DNA from: Acidimicrobiia bacterium
GTDB taxonomy: Bacteria > Actinomycetota > Acidimicrobiia > IMCC26256 > DASPTH01
Direction: 5' to 3'
NCBI GenBank assembly: GCA_040880805.1
Contig: JBBDHW010000027.1
Coordinates: 28,737-92,736 of the forward strand
DNA length: 64,000 bases
Shown in pieces: positions 19,579-28,543 of this stretch. Numbering within the stretch: the first letter of the stretch is position 1; the number at the start of each line of letters is the position of its first letter. The position numbers and the translations under genes were made by a program. The notes under the pieces were generated by a model. The model had not been told where the DNA came from, made no database searches, and worked only from the letters and a program-made list of their open reading frames with translations.

Positions 19579-21220
19579 TGCTCCACACGATCGCGACCAC
19601 GGTGACGGCGACCAACCCGAGCGCGGAGAGCGGCACGATCCAGTCGCCGAAGCGTACGTAGGGTGTCTCTCCGGTCGTGGTCGGGATGGTCGACCGCACG
19701 ATGGCTTGCTCGAACAGGTCGGTGGTGTCGTGCACCGTGCCGTCGGGTTCGATCACCGCGCTGATACCCGACACCGACGCCTGGAGCACCGGGCGCGCGG
19801 TCTCTGCCGCCCGCATCTGGCTGTTCGCCAGATGCTGCTCGGAGTTACCCGACCGGTGGTACGAGCGATTGTTGGTGCTCACCACGATCGCCTCGGCGCC
19901 CGTGCGCACCGAGTCGCGCACGAGCGGGCCGAAGGCAGACTCGAAGCAGATCACGCTCCCGATCTTGTGCTTGCCGGCCCTGAACACGACCGTCTCGTCA
20001 CCGGGCTCGAAGTCGTACGGGATCTGGCGCAGTTCGCCGATGAAACCCAGCGCACCGCGCCACGGCACGTACTCCCCGAACGGTACGAGATGCTGTTTCG
20101 AGTAGATGCCCTGGAACTTGCCGGTGGGCTCGTACATGAGGTTCGAGTTGCGGTCTTTGCCGTCGCCGACCGCCGGCTCCGTGCCTGAACGGGGAGCGGG
20201 AGTGCGGGCGTTCACCAGAAGGCTCGCATGGTGCTTCCGGGCAATCGCGGTGAGCCGGGCACGGAGGTCGGGATCGAGCTGGGGATCCGTGTCGAGCGCG
20301 CCCTCGGGGAACACGATCAGGTCGTAGTCGCCCTCCAGTTCGTCGGCGAGCGCGAGGTGGTTGGCGGTGAGCAACTGCTGCTGCTGGCCGGCGAGTGACA
20401 GCTCCTGGTCGTCGCCCTGGAGTATGGCGACGCGCAGGCGGCCGGTCTCCTGAGGTTCGTACCTCGTCACGTCGGCGAGGAGCGTCACGACGAGCACTGC
20501 GGCAACACCCGACGACGCCAGCACCAGAGCGTGCCGTTCGTGCACGCGCGCCGCGAGCATGAGGTCGAGGAGGAAGCCCGCCGCCGCCACGCACACGAAG
20601 CTCACCAACGGTACGCCCCCGAAGCTCGCCAGTGCGCGGGCGGGTGCGAAGTTGTGGAGCGCGACACCCACGTCGGCCCACGCGAAGCCGCCCAGCGGCG
20701 CCCGGCCCCGGACGGCTTCGAGCGCCACCCAGGCCGCCGCGGTGAGCAACGGCGACGCGATACCCCGCCGCGCGAACACGGCGACGATCACGCCCACGAG
20801 CGCGACGGCCGCGGCCATCGCCGCGACGAACGGCACGATCGCGACCGCGCCGAAGTAGCGAACCCACTCGAGGACGACGCCATACGCGCCGGCGCCGAAC
20901 GCGAAGCCGTAGAGCGCGGCATGGAGCGGGCGTGCGTCGCGCCACGTCCAGAACAGCGCGGCGAGCGGGACGACGATCAGCAGGCCGAGATCGAGGGGCG
21001 GGAAGCAGAATCCGGCGAGCACACCCGCCGCGAGCGCGACGCCGAGGCGCGCGGCGGACAGACGGTCGGGCTTGATCAGCTCAGGCGCAGTCGTCGCAGT
21101 ACTGCCGTTCTTTGTCGGCGAGTCGTCGGCGCGGGAGGACGAGGAAGCACGACTGGCAGAGGAACTCGTCGGGGCGACGGGGGACGATGCGTGTGGACCC
21201 ATCCCCTCGGTCATCGACAT
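19556..21220 (-). CDS. lnt: Apolipoprotein N-acyltransferase
   Basis: N-terminal polytopic region plus a CN-hydrolase domain ('VAILQGD...IVFPEGAL...KQHLVPFGEYVP...GSVICFESAF'). The start is uncertain: the ATG starts (21220/21202) overlap the DUF4193 gene by 120-140 nt. Confidence 0.8.
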   Translation of the reverse strand: MSMTEGMGPHASSPVAPTSSSASRASSSSRADDSPTKNGSTATTAPELIKPDRLSAARLGVALAAGVLAGFCFPPLDLGLLIVVPLAALFWTWRDARPLHAALYGFAFGAGAYGVVLEWVRYFGAVAIVPFVAAMAAAVALVGVIVAVFARRGIASPLLTAAAWVALEAVRGRAPLGGFAWADVGVALHNFAPARALASFGGVPLVSFVCVAAAGFLLDLMLAARVHERHALVLASSGVAAVLVVTLLADVTRYEPQETGRLRVAILQGDDQELSLAGQQQQLLTANHLALADELEGDYDLIVFPEGALDTDPQLDPDLRARLTAIARKHHASLLVNARTPAPRSGTEPAVGDGKDRNSNLMYEPTGKFQGIYSKQHLVPFGEYVPWRGALGFIGELRQIPYDFEPGDETVVFRAGKHKIGSVICFESAFGPLVRDSVRTGAEAIVVSTNNRSYHRSGNSEQHLANSQMRAAETARPVLQASVSGISAVIEPDGTVHDTTDLFEQAIVRSTIPTTTGETPYVRFGDWIVPLSALGLVAVTVVAIVWSTRSRRSA

Positions 21221-21575
21221 CGATCTCTTCGTCCTCGAGCTCCTCTTCGTCGTCCTCGAGGGTAGCGCTCGCCGTGCGTTCCTGGAGGAGGACGTCGAGC
21301 GGCTCCTCGACGTCGTCGGGATGGAGCTCCTCCTCGAGATCGAGGACGTCGTCCTCCTCGTCCTCTGCGGTCTCGGTGGCGGTGTCGTCGGTGACGACCA
21401 CGACCGGAGCTTCGGGACCGAGCTCGAGGGCGTCCGAGTCGTCGGTCTCGTCGAGCAGCACGACCTCGTCGACGACGTCGAGGGCGTCCGAGTCGTCGGC
21501 CTCGAGCACGTCCTCGTCGAGGTTCGCCTCGTTGAGTTCGAGACCGCCGGTGTCTTCGAAGTCGTCTTCGCTCAT
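21081..21575 (-). CDS. DUF4193-family protein (acidic N-terminus, C-terminal zinc ribbon)
   Basis: A highly acidic D/E-rich region is followed by 'RRPDEFLCQSCFLVLPRRRLADKERQYCDDC'. There is an internal duplication of about 57 nt in the acidic part. Confidence 0.75.
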   Translation of the reverse strand: MSEDDFEDTGGLELNEANLDEDVLEADDSDALDVVDEVVLLDETDDSDALELGPEAPVVVVTDDTATETAEDEEDDVLDLEEELHPDDVEEPLDVLLQERTASATLEDDEEELEDEEIDVDDRGDGSTRIVPRRPDEFLCQSCFLVLPRRRLADKERQYCDDCA

Positions 21576-22060
21576 GGTCTCTTCGGGGGTCGAGGGGCGC
21601 GGACTCTACACCGGCGTCCGGGATTCGTCGCGCACCAAACCGCGGACGTACGGGGGCTATTCCCGGAGACCTACGAAACGCGTGAGCGAAGGGATGGCGC
21701 GAATCCCCGCCCGGTGCCGGCCAGTGAATGGTGCGGGTCATGGTGCGGGCGCGTGGTGGGGGGTCCAGGAGACCGTTGGGGCCACTGTTTGGCCCGACCT
21801 GACCGAGCAGGCGGGTTATTCCAGCGTTCTCTACTTGGTCTCCTGAACCCCCGATGCCCCTACTGCTCCAGGCGCTGCGGGAGATACACGACCGGGCCGG
21901 CAAGGACGCCTTAGTACGCCCGAAGCGGGGGGTCCCTGTCAAGCTGTACCTGCCTTCGCGGCGACGCCGTGACCTGCACCGACGCGCGTCGATCCTGGTC
22001 AGAGCAGACGAAACTTTTTTCGCGCGGAAGCGTTGAGCCGGAGGCGTTTGGTCGGAGACG

Positions 22061-23725
22061 TCAGACGGGGTCGGCGGTACGCCGGGCGTCGGCCGCGCGC
22101 TCGGCCGCGAGACGTTCGAGCTCGTAGGTGGTGTGGTCGACGTGCGACATCGCCGCGGCGATTGCACGGTGACCCGCCTGCTCGGCGATGAGATGGTGCA
22201 TCTCCTGCGCGACCTGGCGGTACGCGGGATGCCCCGACGGCATGGTGCGCAACTCGATCAGGTGCATCGCCTCACGCGCGTTCATCTGCATCGCGAACCG
22301 GATCCGGTACGCGAGCGACACCGCGTACGACGCCTGCTCGGGGAACGGGCCAGCGAGCGCGTCGTAGAGATCGGCGGAACGCGCCATCGCGTCGTCGAAC
22401 TCATCGCGCAATCCGGCCTCGTCGATCGCCTCGGGTACGTCGTAGCCGTGGAGCGTGCACAGCGGCTGCCATTCGATCGTGAGCATCCGGTGGCGCTGCA
22501 GGTCGCGGAACGCGCCGTAGTCGGCGACGATGTCGAACCGGTAGTCGACCCGCTCGAAGGCGCGGCCGGGGCGGTGGCGGCGGTTCTCGCGCTCTCCCAC
22601 GTACGCCCGGAGCAGCTCGACCCGCTCCCCCTCCCCCAACGTCCGCACCCGCGCCAGGATCTGGTCGTCGGGAAGCTGGGTGTACGGGTAGCAGATAGCG
22701 GCGAGGAGCTTGTCCTCGGCGTCGGGATCGAAGTCGGTGAGCGTGACCGAGGGGCGAGGCTCGGGCTCGGCGGCGGCGAAGATGCGATGGACGAGATCCG
22801 ACGTGCGGTTGCGCGTCTCCGCGAGGTACGCGCTCCACGCGACGCCACGATCGATGCGGTCGACGCGCGCGACGAACGACGGGATGACCTTGCGCAGCTC
22901 CTCGAGGATCATCGTCGCGTACGTCTGGGCTTCGGGCAGCGGGTGGGCGCGCATGCGGAGCAGCAGTGCCTCGAACGCCTGACCACTGCCGTACACGCCG
23001 ACGTTCGACAGCGTGGCCGCGGGCAGGATGCCGCGCGCCGCGTCACACGCCTTCGCTTTGATGCTCTGCTTGTAGGCGAAATGCGAGTCGGCGGGATCCA
23101 TCGGGTAGCGCTCGCGCGCCCAGTCGAGGAGCTTCGGCAGCATGCTGGCGTAGGTGTCGAAGAGCCCGTCGAGATCGGCGATGTAGCGCCACGCGAGGTT
23201 GGGGTCGGCGAGCACGGCGCGGTCGCGGTAGTAGCGGTAGCGGCCGCCGAGCTTGCCGTCGTAGTTGATGTAGCGGGTGGACTGCTCCATGTACGACATC
23301 ACGCGACCCCACTCGAGGATCTTCGTGAGCACGTTCGACGCCTGCTCGCACGCGAGGTGCACGCCACCGAGTTGCGCGACCGAGTCGTCCCCGTATTCGA
23401 GGAAGATGCGCTCGTAGAGCTCTTCGGCGCGCTTCAGGCCGACGGCCGCATCGACGGTGAGGTCGCCGGTGAGGTCGAGGTCGGCGACGAACTCGTCGAG
23501 GAACAGTCGCCGGAGGCTCTTCGGGCTCCGCGAGTAGCGAGCGAACAGGGCGCCCTTCACCACCTCGGGCAAGTTGACCACTCCGAACACCGGACGATCG
23601 AGGTTGGTGAAGTACGGCCGGAGGATGGCTTCCTCGCCGTCGGTGAACTGCTCCATGGGGTATACGCCCACTGCTTCCGCCTCCGTCACCATGTGCGGCT
23701 CGCTCACGCTCGCTGCCGTCACCAC
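22061..23725 (-). CDS. Tandem-domain ThyX-like (FAD-dependent thymidylate synthase family) protein
   Basis: 554 aa, about twice ThyX length. The second half carries 'FRDLQRHRMLTIEWQ' (RHR motif). The first half carries a degenerate 'FARYSRSPKSLRRLF'. Confidence 0.6.
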   Translation of the reverse strand: MVTAASVSEPHMVTEAEAVGVYPMEQFTDGEEAILRPYFTNLDRPVFGVVNLPEVVKGALFARYSRSPKSLRRLFLDEFVADLDLTGDLTVDAAVGLKRAEELYERIFLEYGDDSVAQLGGVHLACEQASNVLTKILEWGRVMSYMEQSTRYINYDGKLGGRYRYYRDRAVLADPNLAWRYIADLDGLFDTYASMLPKLLDWARERYPMDPADSHFAYKQSIKAKACDAARGILPAATLSNVGVYGSGQAFEALLLRMRAHPLPEAQTYATMILEELRKVIPSFVARVDRIDRGVAWSAYLAETRNRTSDLVHRIFAAAEPEPRPSVTLTDFDPDAEDKLLAAICYPYTQLPDDQILARVRTLGEGERVELLRAYVGERENRRHRPGRAFERVDYRFDIVADYGAFRDLQRHRMLTIEWQPLCTLHGYDVPEAIDEAGLRDEFDDAMARSADLYDALAGPFPEQASYAVSLAYRIRFAMQMNAREAMHLIELRTMPSGHPAYRQVAQEMHHLIAEQAGHRAIAAAMSHVDHTTYELERLAAERAADARRTADPV

Positions 23726-23783
23726 GGACCGGCGATCGTATCGGCGGCCCGCCGCCGCTTCGCGGACCCGAATCCGAGGCGGA

Positions 23784-24470
23784 TTACACCAGCAGCGTAA
23801 AGGCCGCCGGGGCGACCGCCACCATCACTACCCGTGCCGCCGTGGCGGGTACGCCGTCGACCTCGACCTCGAGCGGCCGGCCGGCTCCGTGCCTGAACGG
23901 AAAACCCGTGGCCCGGACCTCGACCCGCCGACCGGTCACCGACCGGATCCGCGGGTGGGGAACGTGCGTGCCGAGCGGCAGCCGCGAGCGCATCGTCGCG
24001 CGCTCGCGTCGCGCGACGGCGTACACCTGTACCTCGATGCGGCCGTCGCCGGGATGGCCGCGCGGCACGACGTCAGCGCCGCGCAGGTACTGGCCGCTTG
24101 CCGCGACGATCGCGACCGCGTCGCCAGCGTGCACGACGCGGTCGTCAACCTGCACGACGATCCGCGACGCGCGGGTCCACCATCGCTGGCGATCGGGTGG
24201 TACCCCGACCACCACCATGTTCACGGCGGTGTGTGCGACGCCATCCAACTCGACCTGCAGCGCGTCGCACGGAAGCTCCGTGGTGTTCGTACTCACCTCG
24301 GACAGCCCCACGGCGCGCGCGAGGTCGGAGCCGTGTGCTGGAGAGAACGCGATCCGAGCGTGCGGATGCGCGGCAACCGCGCGCGCCAGCGCGTCGTCGC
24401 CACCCTCGACGACGAGATCGGCGGGCCCGCCGGCCGGACGTCCCCAGGGTTCTCCCTTGCTGATACTCAT
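23784..24470 (-). CDS. Hypothetical protein resembling the accessory (beta-sandwich) domain of the diacylglycerol/NAD-kinase family
   Basis: ATG 24470 overlaps the helY stop (ATGA). 'ASGQYLRGADVVPRGHPGDGRIEVQV...PLEVEVDGVP' resembles the DAGK accessory-domain pattern. No intact GGDG catalytic motif was seen. Confidence 0.45.
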   Translation of the reverse strand: MSISKGEPWGRPAGGPADLVVEGGDDALARAVAAHPHARIAFSPAHGSDLARAVGLSEVSTNTTELPCDALQVELDGVAHTAVNMVVVGVPPDRQRWWTRASRIVVQVDDRVVHAGDAVAIVAASGQYLRGADVVPRGHPGDGRIEVQVYAVARRERATMRSRLPLGTHVPHPRIRSVTGRRVEVRATGFPFRHGAGRPLEVEVDGVPATAARVVMVAVAPAAFTLLV

Positions 24471-27103
24471 CCGGCCACCCCCGACGCGGCCACAACGCCG
24501 CGGTGACACGCGTCGGCCGCGTCTCGGGCACGCGCCCGAGTGGTGTCTTCGGTCGCGACCTCGGCGATCTGACGGAGCAGGTCGATGCACTGCTTGACGT
24601 TGCGCACGAAGTCGCCGCCCGTCATCTCGTCGTCGTCGAGGACGTCGGCGAGCGCGTCGCCGGCCGCCCAGTCGTACACGTAGGGAGTGAAGCCCGGATC
24701 CGGAGCGCGGGTCTCCGGCAGACCGGCGTCGTCCTCGTTGGCGTTGAGCTCGCCCGCGATCCGCTCGAGTGCCCGCGCCCGCTGCGCGACGGTCTTGGTG
24801 GGCCACCGCGCCGGCGCCATCGGCTGCTGCCCGTCGGGGCCGCGCCGCTCGTACGTGAAGCACGACACGACCGCCGCAAGCTCCGGCGCGCGCAATCCGT
24901 CGAGCAGTCCTCCGCCGATCGCTTCGGTGACGAGCAGGTCGGTCTCGGTGTACACGCGCGCGAGTCGCTCGCCTGCCGGGGTGAGCGCCCAACCTTCGAC
25001 GTACCCCCACGCTTCGAGGACGCGCAGCACGCGGTCGAATTGACGAGCCAGGCTCTCGCTCCGACCGCGCACGCGGCGTTCGAGCCGGTTCACCTCGCGT
25101 TCGAGACGTTCGATCGCCTCCGACGCGCGCAGGCGGGTGGCGAGCTCGGGATCGCTCGCCGCCGGGTGGTTCGCGAGGGACTGCTCGAGTTCGGTGATGT
25201 GTGCGTCGGCGCGCCGGGAGCGGCCGTCTTCGTGGAGCGTCGCGTGTCGCAGCCGCTCGGCTGCCTGGCGGCGGAACGCCGGGTTGCGCGGCGCGAACGG
25301 ATCCGGCAACTGGATCGTGGCCGCGCGGCGCGGCGGTGTCTCGAAGTCGTCGGCCCCGAGCCGCACGACCTGGCGATCCGCGCTCAGTCCGACGATGCGA
25401 GGCGAACCGCTCCGCCGGTGCTCGTGGCTCAGCACCACGACGCGCCCGCCGTAGCGCCGGGCCACGATGACGTCACCCGGCCGGAGCGCGTCGATCGCCT
25501 CGGCGACCCGCCGGACGTTGCCGCGATTCTTGCGCGCCGTCCCGAGCGCGCTCTGGAGGCGGCGGTACTCGTCGACGTCGCCTTGCTCGCTCTGCGCGGC
25601 GGCGCGGCGCCGCTCGAGTATCTGCCGGCTGCGGTCGAGCTGCCGTTCGAGTGCGACGACGTCGCGGTCGGCATGGAATTGCGCGAACGACAGGTTGAGG
25701 AGATGGTGTGCCTCGAACTGCGAGTAGCGGCGCACGAGGTTCGTCGCCATGTTGTACGTGGGCCGGAACGACGAACGCAGCGCGTCCGTACGCCGCGACG
25801 CGAGCGACGCGACCTGCTCGAAGGGTACGAACGGGCTCCAGCAGACGATCGCGTACCCGAGCGCGTCGATGCCCCGGCGGCCCGCCCGGCCGGTGAGCTG
25901 GGTGTACTCCCCCGGCGTGAGGAACTCGTGGCGTTCGCCCGTGAACTTCGAGACCTTCTCGATCACCACCGACCGTGCCGGCATGTTGATGCCGAGCGCC
26001 AGCGTCTCCGTAGCGAAGACCACCTTCGCGAGACCGGACGCGAACGCCTCCTCCACCGCCTCCTTCATCGGCGGCACCATTCCTGCGTGATGGGCGGCGA
26101 ACCCTGCCTCGAGGCCGGCGAGCCACTCGCCGTAGCGCAGGACGTCGAGGTCGTCGTCGGCGAGCGATTGGGTCTTGGCCTCCGCGATCGCGCGGATCTG
26201 CGCGCGCTCGGCCGGATCGGTGAGGCGAAGTCCGGCGGCGAGGCACTGCTGCACAGCCTGGTCACAACCTGCCCGACTGAAGACGAAAGCGATCGCCGGG
26301 AGCATCTCTTCGACGTCGAGCCGCTCGACCGTCTCCACGCGACCGGGTGTGCGCAGCGGCGTGCGCGGGCGGCCCCGGTGACCTGCGTGACGTGAAGCGC
26401 GCGCGTCGAGTTTCGCCGCGTCAGGATTCGGACGGAGCTGGCCGTGCTGGGTGACGAACGTGGGCAAGAGGTGAAGCGTGTCCCGACCGCGCTCCCCCAC
26501 CAGGTAGCGGTGCTCGAGGGTGACCGGACGGTGTTCCTCGATGACCGCGGCGGTGGGCCCGCGCACGGTCTCGATCCACGCGGCGACCTCTTCGGCGTTC
26601 GACACCGTGGCCGACAGGCACACGAGCTCGACCGACGAGTCGAGGTGCACGATGACCTCTTCCCATACCGGACCGCGGTAGCGATCCTGGAGGTAGTGCA
26701 CCTCGTCGAGCACCACCGAGCGCAGGCCGCCGAGCGCAGGTGACGCAGCGTAGATCATGTTGCGGAGCACTTCGGTGGTCATGACGATGATCGGCGCGTC
26801 GCTGTTCACCGAGTTGTCGCCGGTGAGGAGCCCGACACGCCTGGTTCCATGAGCACGCACGAAATCGGTGTACTTCTGGTTCGAGAGTGCTTTGAGCGGC
26901 GTGGTGTAGAAGGCCTTCGCTCCGGCCGCGAGCGCCCGCTCCACCGCGTACTCGGCGACGACTGTCTTGCCCGACCCGGTTGGCGCGGCAACCAGCACGT
27001 GCTCGCCGGCATCGAGCGCGTCGAGGGCGCGCTGCTGGTACGGGTCCAGCGGGAAGCCCCGCGTCGCCTCGAAGTGCTTCCGGAGGTCGTCGGGCGGTGT
27101 CAC
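24467..27103 (-). CDS. helY: Ski2-like DEAD/DEAH-box helicase (HelY)
   Basis: 878 aa. 'PYQQRALDAL..GEHVLVAAPTGSGKT' (motif I), 'VVLDEVHYL' (DEVH), 'TETLALGINMPARSVV', and a position downstream of tatC as in mycobacteria. Confidence 0.9.
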   Translation of the reverse strand: MTPPDDLRKHFEATRGFPLDPYQQRALDALDAGEHVLVAAPTGSGKTVVAEYAVERALAAGAKAFYTTPLKALSNQKYTDFVRAHGTRRVGLLTGDNSVNSDAPIIVMTTEVLRNMIYAASPALGGLRSVVLDEVHYLQDRYRGPVWEEVIVHLDSSVELVCLSATVSNAEEVAAWIETVRGPTAAVIEEHRPVTLEHRYLVGERGRDTLHLLPTFVTQHGQLRPNPDAAKLDARASRHAGHRGRPRTPLRTPGRVETVERLDVEEMLPAIAFVFSRAGCDQAVQQCLAAGLRLTDPAERAQIRAIAEAKTQSLADDDLDVLRYGEWLAGLEAGFAAHHAGMVPPMKEAVEEAFASGLAKVVFATETLALGINMPARSVVIEKVSKFTGERHEFLTPGEYTQLTGRAGRRGIDALGYAIVCWSPFVPFEQVASLASRRTDALRSSFRPTYNMATNLVRRYSQFEAHHLLNLSFAQFHADRDVVALERQLDRSRQILERRRAAAQSEQGDVDEYRRLQSALGTARKNRGNVRRVAEAIDALRPGDVIVARRYGGRVVVLSHEHRRSGSPRIVGLSADRQVVRLGADDFETPPRRAATIQLPDPFAPRNPAFRRQAAERLRHATLHEDGRSRRADAHITELEQSLANHPAASDPELATRLRASEAIERLEREVNRLERRVRGRSESLARQFDRVLRVLEAWGYVEGWALTPAGERLARVYTETDLLVTEAIGGGLLDGLRAPELAAVVSCFTYERRGPDGQQPMAPARWPTKTVAQRARALERIAGELNANEDDAGLPETRAPDPGFTPYVYDWAAGDALADVLDDDEMTGGDFVRNVKQCIDLLRQIAEVATEDTTRARARDAADACHRGVVAASGVAG

Positions 27104-27115
27104 CGTGGCGCTCCC

Positions 27116-27364
27116 TCAGGGAGTTTCCGCCGGCGTCGTATCAGCGGGTGTGGTGTCGGTGGGCGCGACTGTCGTGGAGGTCGGCGCGGTCGTGACGACG
27201 GGGGTGGTCGTGATCGGCTGCGTCCCCGAGTCCTTGTTGGGTCGCAGGACCCATACCAGCACCGCTACGGCCACGATGATCCCAAGGGACGACAGCACCG
27301 CCACGGTGAGCTCCCGGCGGTTGCGGGGCGCCTTGTACGTGCTGCGTCGTCGAGGGGGACTCAT
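27116..27364 (-). CDS. Small membrane-anchored Thr/Pro-rich protein
   Basis: 82 aa. Basic N-terminus, one TM ('LTVAVLSSLGIIVAVAVLVWVL'), then a T/P-rich tail. The ATG overlaps the tatC stop (ATGA). Confidence 0.55.
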   Translation of the reverse strand: MSPPRRRSTYKAPRNRRELTVAVLSSLGIIVAVAVLVWVLRPNKDSGTQPITTTPVVTTAPTSTTVAPTDTTPADTTPAETP

Positions 27365-28110
27365 CGTTTCAATATCCTCCCGATCAGGATCGAGGCCTCA
27401 TAGAACAGGTACATGGGTATCGCCATCGCGAACAGCGAGTAGGGATCCTGGCTCGGGGTGATCACCGCGGCGAAGATCACGATGACCACCGCCGCGTACC
27501 GGCGCCAGCTTCGCAGCTGCGCAGTGGTGAGGACGCGGGCGATGAGGAGGAACACGAGCACCACTGGGAACTCGAAGGAGATCCCGAAGGCCACGATCAT
27601 GAGCGAGACCAGCGAGATGTACCTGTCGGCGGCGAGCAGCGGTTTGAGATCGGATCCGCCGATGGTCAGCAGGAAGTGCAGCGCGGGCTCGAGGGTGACG
27701 AGCGCGACGGCTGCCCCGCACACGAAGAGGAACAGCGAGAAGAACAGGAACGGAACCGCGTAGCGCTTCTCGGTGGGGTTGAGCCCAGGGGTGATGAAGC
27801 GCCAGAGCTCCCACAGCCACACCGGCGACGCGACCACGATGCCGCCGTAGGTCGCGATCTTGAGGCGGGTGGCGAACGCGTCGAGCGGCCCGGTGAAGAT
27901 GAGGGCGTTCCGTTTGCCCTCGGTGGCGTCTCGGTAGAACCGCACCAAGAAGCTGATGATCTGCGGCGCGAAGATGAAGCAGATCGTCGCGCCCACCGCC
28001 AGCGCGATCAGCGAGATCACGAGTCGCGATCGCAGTTCGGTGAGGTGCTCGACGACCGTCATGCGGCCTTCGGGCATCCGGCCGTCGGGACTGGTACGCC
28101 GGTGCGCCAC
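27361..28110 (-). CDS. tatC: Twin-arginine translocase subunit TatC
   Basis: 'MTVVEHLTELRSRLVISLIALAVGATICF...' with six TM segments. The true start may be an internal Met. Confidence 0.9.
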   Translation of the reverse strand: MAHRRTSPDGRMPEGRMTVVEHLTELRSRLVISLIALAVGATICFIFAPQIISFLVRFYRDATEGKRNALIFTGPLDAFATRLKIATYGGIVVASPVWLWELWRFITPGLNPTEKRYAVPFLFFSLFLFVCGAAVALVTLEPALHFLLTIGGSDLKPLLAADRYISLVSLMIVAFGISFEFPVVLVFLLIARVLTTAQLRSWRRYAAVVIVIFAAVITPSQDPYSLFAMAIPMYLFYEASILIGRILKR

Positions 28111-28119
28111 GGTGCGGGG

Positions 28120-28455
28120 TCAGGCGGGTTCCGCGGGTGGCGACAGCGGGGCCTCGCCGGTGGAACCGGGCGCGTCCGGGAGAGGGCTCGGGCTGGTGTC
28201 GGGGATCGGCGTGTCCTTGGGCGGAAGCGTCGGCGGCGGGTCGCCGCCAGGGGTGGGTTCCGGAGACGTCGCCGGGTTCAGGTCGAGCTCGGAGACGACG
28301 CCCTGCAACTCGCTGCTCAGATGCTGCTGGACCTTGCGGAACTCGCGGACACCGCGTGCGAGCTGCCTTCCGATCTCGGGCATCTTGTCGGGGCCGAAGA
28401 CGAGCAACACGACCACGAGGATCACCAGGATCTCGGCCGGGCCGAGCGAGGGCAT
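28120..28455 (-). CDS. tatA: Twin-arginine translocase subunit TatA/E
   Basis: 'LGPAEILVILVVVLLVFGPDKMPEIGRQLARGVREFRK'. Confidence 0.9.
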   Translation of the reverse strand: MPSLGPAEILVILVVVLLVFGPDKMPEIGRQLARGVREFRKVQQHLSSELQGVVSELDLNPATSPEPTPGGDPPPTLPPKDTPIPDTSPSPLPDAPGSTGEAPLSPPAEPA

Positions 28456-28543
28456 CGGGATCCTTTCCGCCGGGCTGAGCCGCTCGCAGCCTACAAGGGC
28501 AAATGGGTGGCGGCTCGCCGGGAGCTCCTGCCACAGTGCACCT

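Noticed and set aside
21911-21942. TTGACA (21942-21937, minus strand) and TACTAA (21916-21911) as a promoter for the DUF4193 gene
   Set aside because: The spacer is 20 nt, too long for a sigma-70-type promoter. The -10 candidate lacks the terminal T, and no better hexamer sits at 17-18 nt.
21854-22036. 60-aa basic ORF on the + strand inside the 485-bp gap, ending next to a T6 run
   Set aside because: Its codon usage is atypical for this genome (cta, ata, tta, gta, aga, act, ttt; low GC3). I saw no RBS and no recognisable motif.
27153-27160. TGTCGGTG, the upstream half of the PafBC-associated RecA-independent promoter motif
   Set aside because: It lies inside the coding sequence of the small Thr/Pro-rich protein, on the opposite strand. 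The required TANNNT 8 nt downstream is absent (tgtcgt).
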